The position numbers were made by a program, and so were the translations under genes. Of a stretch of DNA of 64,000 bases, positions 10,700 through 19,585 are shown piece after piece (within the stretch, counting starts at the first letter, position 1; every line of letters starts with the position of its first letter). The stretch is from Flectonema sp. DT1601. Taxonomy: Eukaryota. The notes under the pieces were generated by a model. The model was given only the letters and a program-made list of their open reading frames with translations. It had not been told where the DNA came from and did not search any database. The DNA lies in assembly GCA_964019425.1 (NCBI GenBank), contig OZ025797.1, positions 310,001-374,000 on the forward strand. Reading direction: 5' to 3'.

Positions 10700-13099
10700 A
10701 TGGGTGTGTGGGTAACTTTATTAATACCGCTGGCATTGGGGCAACAGACTGCAGCACCAACCACCCAGCCATTAGTGTTCTCACCAGACTCGACCGATGC
10801 TAACAATGCTTGTCTGCTTAACACGCACGATGAAATGTATAATGAAATAATTAAGTGTAATAAAGAACACTGCCAAGAGTGCGCTGATACACGTGATTGC
10901 TATTGTTTTTCTCCATTATGGACACATGATGTTAATAATAGTTCTCCAAGCCATAGCGACAGCTATACACTTCATCATTTTTCGAATGATAATAGCTTCT
11001 GTCCTTACCATGATTGCTTAGCTAGTTCTGTTGACATGTGTAACTATATTGATCAGCCAGTTTCATATCGTCTTTTTACGAGGGAGATTAGAGAAATTTT
11101 ACACACCGAAAGCGACACATCCAAACACTGTATGGACTTAGGTAACTGTGGACTGGGGTCGTTACATGATACTTATTCATGTACAGCAAACAGATGCGAA
11201 GCAGGTCTTTTAGAAAGATGTGCAGGACCTTGTTTTGAAGTAGCCGATAATTGCTCTAGGGCAAATAATTGTACCGGTATTGTCGAGAGTTGTAATTCCT
11301 TGCTATTAGATAAGATGTGCCGAGTTGAGGATCATACATCGATATGCTCGTCTATAAAGGAACAATTCACTGAAAGAAGAAGAGAAGAAGAAAGAGGAGA
11401 AGGAAACGTACAAAGTGACAATAACGATAAATTAATATTAATACTTCTTGGGGCTGCGTTAGTAATTATTATTATTATTGTTTTGTTGTTTCTTCGTTGG
11501 AGGTGGAAGAGGTTAAATACTGTCGCACCAGAACTCAAGGAACTCACTGACGGTATCAAACCAGTTCGTTCCAGGGAAGAAACTGCAGCTATTGTTAATG
11601 CTCTTCAAGCAGGTAGTTGGACTCAAGGAAAGCTTCTCGGCAGAGGAACATTTGGATCTGTTTATCTGGCTTTACTACCGAGTGGTAACGCTCTCGCTGT
11701 TAAGGCACTGGACACATCAAACCACAATGGTGATGAGCTTTCCCTGTACATCAGAGAAATTGAAACCATGAGAGAACTTGATCATCCAAACATTGTTCAT
11801 TACTTCTTCGCTAGCTACGATGCAACAGTTCAAAGAATTAACGTCTTCATGGAATACGTTCCTGGGGGATCACTTGCAAGACTTGTACGAGGAATGGATG
11901 AGTACCTTAGTGAAGGACAATCATCTAATTACATTCGACAAATCCTATTGGGAGTATCGTACTTACACGACAATGATATTATTCACAGAGACTTAAAAGG
12001 TGATAACGTATTAATTGATACATCGAAGGGGATTTGCAAATTATCTGATTTCGGTTCATCAAAAAATCTTCAAAAAACTGCCAACGGTGGAACTGTTGCA
12101 AAAACCATTGCGGGAACACCTAACTGGATGGCTCCTGAAATCATGACTTCTGAAGGTCATTTGGAACATGGATCAAAAGCAGACATTTGGAGTATTGGAT
12201 GTATTGTCGTTGAACTATTAAATAAAGGAAAACCTCCATGGCCAGAATTCACAACACATTGGGCAGCAATATATCACATTGCCACTAGTAGTGGTTTACC
12301 AGAAGGTATACCCGATCACTTGTCTTCAGATTGTAGGGATTTTGTTGAAAGTTGTTTACACAGAGAAGCTATTTTGAGACCAAGTTGTGATGAATTATTA
12401 AACCACACATGGATATCAACATTCCACAATGCAGAAGCAACTCTATCTTGTGATAGCTCAATACCTCTGTTTGATAATCATATTGCTGATCTTATCCAGG
12501 GACAGCAGGACAAACGTCAAAGTGCACATTCAACAACAACAACAACAACACCTGTAAACTCATCAAAGTCCCCCTCCAACTCAAATTTCAGAAGTAGTGA
12601 CACAATTAGATCTGCTGCTGCGAGTGAGATAACTTTTAAACTTCACAGTCAAGGAAGTGGAAGTATGAAATCCAGTCTTCCATCTTTTGCTACCAATCCA
12701 TCTGTTGGATCTGAAGGTAATTTAATGAGGGGAAATAGTAATACTACTTCGTGTTTGAGTACATTCAATCCTCTTGTTGCTCAAAGAGATGATGTTAGTA
12801 CCGTAAACTATGGAACGGTACCTCACACTGTTGTTAATCCATCAGTTAATCCATCAGTTGTTCCGTCGTTTAGTTCTCATCTGAAGGAGGATAATGGAAG
12901 TGTTGTTTTCGGATCAGTAATTACTAACAATGGACCAAAAGAAAGTCTTCCAGTTCCCATTCCAAGCATGCCCCTCTCAAGTATGACACCATCAAATTTC
13001 ACAACAATGCAATCGGAGGGGGTTTCTACAGTTCGATTTGGTACTATTCAACATGTTGGAACACCTCCTTCTGAACCCTTAGTTGAAACAATTGGTTAG
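10700..13099 (+). CDS. Single-pass receptor-like STE11/MAP3K-family Ser/Thr kinase with Cys-rich ectodomain
   Basis: Signal peptide; Cys-rich region; TM LILILLGAALVIIIIIVLLFL followed by RWRWKR; kinase motifs WTQGKLLGRGTFG, LAVK, HRDLKGDN, DFG, GTPNWMAPE, KADIWSIGC; S/T-rich tail. Confidence 0.9.
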   Translation: MGVWVTLLIPLALGQQTAAPTTQPLVFSPDSTDANNACLLNTHDEMYNEIIKCNKEHCQECADTRDCYCFSPLWTHDVNNSSPSHSDSYTLHHFSNDNSFCPYHDCLASSVDMCNYIDQPVSYRLFTREIREILHTESDTSKHCMDLGNCGLGSLHDTYSCTANRCEAGLLERCAGPCFEVADNCSRANNCTGIVESCNSLLLDKMCRVEDHTSICSSIKEQFTERRREEERGEGNVQSDNNDKLILILLGAALVIIIIIVLLFLRWRWKRLNTVAPELKELTDGIKPVRSREETAAIVNALQAGSWTQGKLLGRGTFGSVYLALLPSGNALAVKALDTSNHNGDELSLYIREIETMRELDHPNIVHYFFASYDATVQRINVFMEYVPGGSLARLVRGMDEYLSEGQSSNYIRQILLGVSYLHDNDIIHRDLKGDNVLIDTSKGICKLSDFGSSKNLQKTANGGTVAKTIAGTPNWMAPEIMTSEGHLEHGSKADIWSIGCIVVELLNKGKPPWPEFTTHWAAIYHIATSSGLPEGIPDHLSSDCRDFVESCLHREAILRPSCDELLNHTWISTFHNAEATLSCDSSIPLFDNHIADLIQGQQDKRQSAHSTTTTTTPVNSSKSPSNSNFRSSDTIRSAAASEITFKLHSQGSGSMKSSLPSFATNPSVGSEGNLMRGNSNTTSCLSTFNPLVAQRDDVSTVNYGTVPHTVVNPSVNPSVVPSFSSHLKEDNGSVVFGSVITNNGPKESLPVPIPSMPLSSMTPSNFTTMQSEGVSTVRFGTIQHVGTPPSEPLVETIG

Positions 13100-13287
13100 C
13101 GCGGTCGGTTTCTAAAAGAGTCGCTGACCTTAAGCTATTCTGTGAGTATTCAGTTTTTAATAAGACTTTTTTTTTTCTTCTTTTTTTTCCGTTATGGTTC
13201 ATTCTTCCTTTGCTATAAATTTTTCAGTTGGTTAAGTTAAAAGATTTTCTGTTTTCTCTTTCTCTCGTTCTTTTTTTCTTTTTTCTT

Positions 13288-13440
13288 TTTGTACCAACAA
13301 ACCCATTGTTTGGTAGAAAGTAAATTGCGGCAGCGTAACTAACCTATTCCTTTATTAGGATTTTGTACCGGTTTGCGCACAAAAAAAACACAAAACAAAG
13401 GTGTGAGTAAAAAAATTAAAATGTGAAGTTTGCCGATTCT
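13288..13440. repeat. Dispersed repeat family A, copy 3
   Basis: acaaacccattgtttggta...gcggcagcgtaactaacc..ttcctttattaggattttgt...ggtgtgagtaaaaaaattaaaatgtgaagtttgccgattc. Confidence 0.9.
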
Positions 13441-15279
13441 TTTTTCCCCCCTTGTGACTCTTAGTCTCTTTTCATTGCAACCAGGTTTGGCCGAACCCTG
13501 TATTTGTTTTAGCCAGTTTTTAAGTTGCTTTGTATTTAATCATGATATCAAGTTACCCCCTTCTTTCCCTTCGCTGTGTGACAAGTCGTTTAAGAATTGT
13601 CTGCAGGAAAGTTCTTTTACCGCCCTGGGAAAAAGTCAGTTTGAACACTCGGAAGGACTGATACTATAACACTTCTGTAATACCTACTTTCTTACCGACA
13701 CTAATACAAGTCTTTTTAAATGGACATAGAAGTGTTTTTAAGAGAAAGCTTAATTTAATCGGTATTGACATATGGAAAGGTGTTAATCATATTGTTGAGT
13801 TAGCTTCACACACATGATTGACAACTGAAATATTATGACGAGGGGTGATTTAAAAAAAAAAATTAAAAAAAAAAAAAACGTACCCAATTTAGCGTCCGTT
13901 CAGGCGCGGTTCATTTTTAAATAAGTTTTTTTTTTAAATTGCGCGTCGGACGTAATGCGTGCGTTAAGCTAAAAATTAAATATAAAAAAAAGATAGCAAC
14001 GCACACTTCTCATACTCGGTGCCTATGGCAGATTCTTGTTACCAGTTTTACTACGTATTTTTTACAAGTTTTCGTTGTTTCGTTTATTGAAACTACGAAA
14101 CTTTTAATCGTTATATTACTTGTTTAAAAAAAAAAAAAAAAAAAAATAAAGATTCTCGAAATACCTTAAAAATAAAAATGGTTATTTTTATGAGAAGTGA
14201 AAATAAATCCATTGTTTTGTCACCGTGAGCTCGGTGATTCTTTAAAACCTGATTTACTGTGCGAATGTTTCTGATTGTGTAAGATTCACAAACAGAGAGG
14301 AGAACTACTTAACACCCGAATATGAATGTGATACAGGGTCTTTGTAAGGTATCCGGTGAGTAGGTTCCGTGGGTAAGAATTCTGTGGCATTTTCCTTATT
14401 GCTCTTTTTCAACCAACTTCCCCAACCAAAAATTCCTTGGATTTATGATCCTTTTGATAATCTTCTTACCGACGGAACAATTTAAGTGCAAGTCGGCAAA
14501 CAAAAAAAAAAAAAAAAAAAAAAGAATATTTCTTTTTTATGATATTCAGAATGAGGACAATGAAGACGGAAAAACAGTTATTACAGAGTTGGTATTTTTG
14601 CTTTCACTCCCCAATTCTTATTAATAATAGTTTTTATTAATTCCTAAATGTTTGTTACTCTTTTTCACATTGTCGAAATCTCATCCCCATTCTTCTTGTT
14701 CATTATTATTCATAAGCTTAAAGGCTGTATGTCTTTACAGCTTCACTCACGACTCAGTGGCAAACTGAAAAGGTGCCTCTGATCAAATAGTAGAAAGTAT
14801 TCTTTTTTGATGACCGTCAGTTTGGGTGTTCAGATTCACTCTTTTGCTCTTTTTTTGTTGGCTGACATTCACCACGTGTTTCCTTTTTAATTTTTTAATT
14901 CGGGGCAGGGTGATAACTTTTACGCGATAGTAGAAACATCTTCTGAGAAGGTTTCTATGAATTAATTTTGTGTTATCGAAATTAACAGCAAACAGATTCC
15001 ACTCGAGGTCTCTTCTCAACAGTAGGGGTGTCACTGCTCCTACACATTGTTTACATGGACACTATCGTTAAGAGTGTTATTGTTGAAGCTCAGCTGTATT
15101 CGTTCCTCGTTAAACCGTAAGTGTTTTAAATGTGAACGGAACTCTGACGGACAAAAACTGTGGCAACACACCTCTAGTGAAAGTATGTACTTGTGTGGGT
15201 TATCATAATGACGGAATCGGTTTGTTGCTTCATCAAATTCTGTTTTCTGATGATTTGTACTGATCCTTTTTTACGAAAA

Positions 15280-15352
15280 ATAATGTTGGGCAGCACACGT
15301 AAACCTCCTTTAGCTTTATCAGTTTAAGTCGGTTGACGGTGTTGATGTGCAC
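15280..15352. repeat. Dispersed repeat family E, copy 1 (copy 2 at 17803-17871)
   Basis: ataatg.tggcagca.acgtaaa.c..cttt.gcttt...gttta.gtcggtt.acggt shared by both sites. Confidence 0.8.
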
Positions 15353-18300
15353 AAACAAATTCCTTGAGTTTGGAGTTTCCAGTCGTTTTGTATAAAAGGC
15401 AATCTTTCTTAGGTCTTCTCTTTTTCTTCTTCTTTCCTAGTTTATTTTTCTTCCCTTAGTTATAGTTTTATTTTGTTGCTGCTGCTTTGACGATCTTTGA
15501 GGTTTGTGTTTGATGGGTGCTCCTGTACGATTCGCAATGGAATTCAAATTTTTTTTAAAAGTATTTCTTGTGAATAATGTACTCCCATTTTAAAAAAATA
15601 ATAATAATAATCCGGAATAGCAATACTTTTTTTTTTCTTTTTTTTTTTTCTTTTTTTTTCTACGAATGTTATGATTCATTTCTTCCTCTTATGTTTATTT
15701 ATGTTATCAACTGCGATTGGGTCCTTACTGATGTGGACTCTCCAGATTCCTCGTATTCATCTGTTCTGTATTTTGCTAACTTTTGCTAACTAACTAAGTG
15801 ACTTTTATTCTCACTTTTCTATACTGAATTTAATGATACTAACTAAGTGACCGACTATGGTCCGAAGAAAGATTTTTTAATTTTAGCCCAAACCACTGTC
15901 CTACGATTTTTTTTGCATTTAATTTTTTTAATTGACTGATAACTATTAATACTAACTGACCGACTAGCTAAAAAAAGATAATCCTCTCAGGGATTAGGTT
16001 CGATATGATGTCGTAGTATTTAAGACTCACAGTTTCTCCCTGTAGTCTCTATCCAACAAATACTTGACAGGTATATCAGACTCGCTAACTAATTAACATC
16101 ATAATTCCCCCATTCTATTTAATTACATTATTAAGTTTTCCCCCTTTAGTCAGTTGCTTTGTGTGTTACTTCTGTTACGTTATCTCTCATCGATAACATG
16201 TATCAGTTTGAATCGCTGTTAGTTACGCGGGGATCTCGAATACTCATTCCGTCTGCTCACGCGGGCGGTGGGTTTAGGTAGTCATTTGCTTCAGGTTATT
16301 CTATGTCTCTGTATCGTCTGAGAGTCTCACGGTTGCTGGTAGCTATAAAACTGTTACTCTGTTGAGCATTTCCTGACTTTTGGCTCCTAGGCTTCATAAA
16401 TAAATAAATGAATAGATAAATAATTTGGTAACACCTGTGAGATCTTACATGCCATGGATCTCAACCCTTCTCTCATTGCTGTGATTATGATCAACTGTAT
16501 CATAAATTAAAGGGCATTTGGATTACTCTCGAAACCTTAAAGTTACTCTCAACATCTTTAATAGCAATACAGTTGCTACTTTATGAAATTAAAGAGCAGT
16601 TTTAATAGTAAGTATGCTTCCTTTGTAGGATTATTTTCGAGGTTGCAAGATTGATTGTTGGTGTTTTTGGCCCACCAGGTGGTGTGTTTTTGGTATGTAA
16701 AAAAAAAAAAATGGCCCAAAATACACCGAACCTGTGTGACTTGGGGCTCTGGCCTGACTCTGCCCCTGGGGGTCCGCATAGCTCGGTATAGGGATGGTCC
16801 CACGAATTACGGGTAGAGACACTTGTTTGCCGTCTTGTGAGCAGGTATTACTCATACAACTATGAGTTCAGAGTGTAACTACTTAACATACTAAAGGTGC
16901 ATCACAAGCGTCAGATAGAAGACAAGAGAAATCCAACATCTTTAGAAGAGTAATCCAGCTCGAAATGGGCTTCACTGGTAGCGTGCTACGAATCAGTATT
17001 CACATTTTTGTGGCATGTTTTTATTTATTTTTCATTAAGGGTTCATATATTCTCCGTATTATTTAAGGCTAGCAAGTGTTTACCCCATTTTTGTTTTTTG
17101 CTGTTAAAATTCTCCATTATGTAGTTTTAAATTGTGGAATTTCTTTCTTTATTTTTGCTGTAACGGACTACAGGGCATAGAGGGCTGAACCTGTAGGACG
17201 TGGCCCCCGAATCCCCATATTCGACAGCAGTTGTTTTAGATTTCTAACTTTAGTTTTTTTAAAACTTGGCGACCAGGTATTAGCTGAACCAGAAATACTG
17301 TTCTTGCTTGTCAAGTTGCCAATGTATAATTTTAGTATCAATTTACCCTCGGGGGGACTTGGATGGGGGCTTGCACTTGTTGGTCGCAATTAAATCAAAC
17401 TGTGTATGTTCCCTCAGGATACCAACGAGAATCAAAGAATATGATACAACACTGAATTATTCCTTCCCTGGTTGAGAACCGACCCATCTCAGCAATTCTG
17501 GTGTATTTGAGCCGACTGTTTTCGTATTCATTACTCACTCCTATAGTGTCATTGTCACAGAAGTAGTATAAAAAAAAAAAAAAACTTCTGCGATTTAGTT
17601 TCACTCTTTCTCTCTCTCTTTTTTTTTCCAGATAGGACTGTTTTCTGCACAGCACTCGATATAGTTATTATTTTTTTTTTTTTTTTCACTCCCCTTTGTT
17701 GGTGTGGCTCTTTGTCATGCTTTGTAGTCGTTATAGCATCCTTAGCCACTTATGTTCTTCATTGAATTTATCTCATCCATTTTTCTTTTTTTGAATGAAA
17801 AGATAATGATGGCAGCATACGTAAAGCCTGCTTTGGCTTTGGTTTAGGTCGGTTCACGGTTGTTGTATCACCATTTTTTCTGCATAGTTTAGGTTAATTT
17901 CAATTCCTTTTTTTTTAGTACCTTTTTTTGTTTTTTTTTTTGTTAGTAGTCATGTTGATACGATAAAGTTATTATTATTGTTTTTTTTTATTTTTTTGAT
18001 TCTCTATCTGTTTTTCTTTTAATCTGCTTCATCTTTTTTTATTGTCCGAAAGCTACTCCGACTGCAATCCTACTGGCTCCCTTGTGTGTGTGCGCAATTG
18101 GTTAGTGTAACCAGCCATGGTAAATATTTTACGAATTTTATGTTACTTTTCTGATTGCAAAATGGTAAGAAGAAATCTACCTTTTTTTTTTTTTTCCCCC
18201 TTCAATTAGTTTTGGGGTACAAAAAAAAAAAAAAAAAAACCAAAAAATAAAATAAAGTAAAGTAACTTATGTTTATCGCGGTGCAATATAAAAATATTGT

Positions 18301-18429
18301 TCTCTGTTGTATGTTGTGTTCTGTCGGTTGAGATGATTTAATTTAATGAGATTTTTGATGTATTTTTCCTCCATTTTTTTTTTTCCTCTTTCCAGTAGTA
18401 AAAGTAAAGTAATATTAAAAAAAAAAAAC

Positions 18430-19392
18430 ATGTTTATAAAAGCAGACTTGGCAGGAACTCCCATCACCAGTTTAGACTGCGGACTAGAAGGAGGAATAAC
18501 AACTATCGGCTACAACAACGGAGTTGTTGAAGTGAAAGGAATTCATAACAAAGAACTAGTTACGTTGATATCAGCAAACTTTAATAAAGGTCCTTGTTGG
18601 GTTGGCATGGATGAGAGTGAAGCCGTAGTATGGGTAGCTGTAGTAGACGGACGAGTGTTGTCAGCAAGCTTAACATCAGCAGGTGAGGTCGGTGAAGATT
18701 TCAAACTAATCGGAAAACACGACTCTGAGATCATGACTGCCACCTACAATAAAGAAAGAGGCTATTTCATTACTGCTGATGCTAAAGGTGATATCGCTGT
18801 TTGGAATAGTAAAACAGATGTCGTACAACCCCGACGTGTTTTTAGCGCAACCGAAACAGAACCTTGGCACGTGATATCAACCTGCGGAGGTCATATAGCA
18901 GCAGCACGTCATAATCCTGAAGTTTTTATATTTAATCTGTCTGGTGATGCTCATGAGGTCCGAACACTTACAAACAGCGACACAAACACTCGTCAGATTA
19001 GATCTCTGAATTGTACACAAAGTTCTTATGTTGTTGGATTTCATGATGGTTCTGTTCAATTAATTAACTTCGTAGAGAGCAGTGGTGGAAATGCTTTTCG
19101 GAGATCTGATCGCAATGAAAACATGCGAACGATTGTTCATAAAAATACCAAACAACGATTTCCTGTCTCGTCGGTTGTTCGAGAACCCGGATGTGAGAAT
19201 CCAATCTTCAGTTGTGGACCAGATGGATTATTCGCAACTAGTTTAGTTGATCCGACTTGTCCAATCTCAGAAAAGATTCTGAGCGGAGATTTTACCAATA
19301 TAGCTGCTACTCATAAGTATCTCGTCGCTGTTACGAATTCAAGTATTGTATTCCTACCATGGGATGGTATTGTGACTGCTCAGGAACCATAG
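18430..19392 (+). CDS. WD40 beta-propeller protein, divergent Rae1/Bub3-like
   Basis: GKHDSEI..YFITADAKGDIAVW and QIRSLNC..YVVGFHDGSV blades. Start placed at ATG 18430 (MFIKADL) because the upstream extension in the ORF track is low-complexity spacer. Confidence 0.6.
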   Translation: MFIKADLAGTPITSLDCGLEGGITTIGYNNGVVEVKGIHNKELVTLISANFNKGPCWVGMDESEAVVWVAVVDGRVLSASLTSAGEVGEDFKLIGKHDSEIMTATYNKERGYFITADAKGDIAVWNSKTDVVQPRRVFSATETEPWHVISTCGGHIAAARHNPEVFIFNLSGDAHEVRTLTNSDTNTRQIRSLNCTQSSYVVGFHDGSVQLINFVESSGGNAFRRSDRNENMRTIVHKNTKQRFPVSSVVREPGCENPIFSCGPDGLFATSLVDPTCPISEKILSGDFTNIAATHKYLVAVTNSSIVFLPWDGIVTAQEP

Positions 19393-19585
19393 AAAACTAT
19401 CAATTATTGGAACCCGGCTAAGTTCAGCTGGAGAGTTATCTTGTTATATTTTTTTTTTTTAGATTATTCCATTTCTATTACTTTTTCTTAAAATAGACTC
19501 AGTTAGAATACCTTCGCATATGTCGGTTATGTTTTTTCCTCCTGTTCTTAATTTGCCTTTACAAAACAGGGAATACTTATATCAC

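Noticed and set aside
15055..15125. Short ATG frame (MDTIVKSVIVEAQLYSFLVK) ending at a GTAAGT donor-like site
   Set aside because: No convincing downstream exon found; cannot support a gene.
16727..16845. GC-rich patch with a tRNA-like start (ggtccgcatagctcggta)
   Set aside because: No T-loop GTTC motif or cloverleaf; cannot be assigned.
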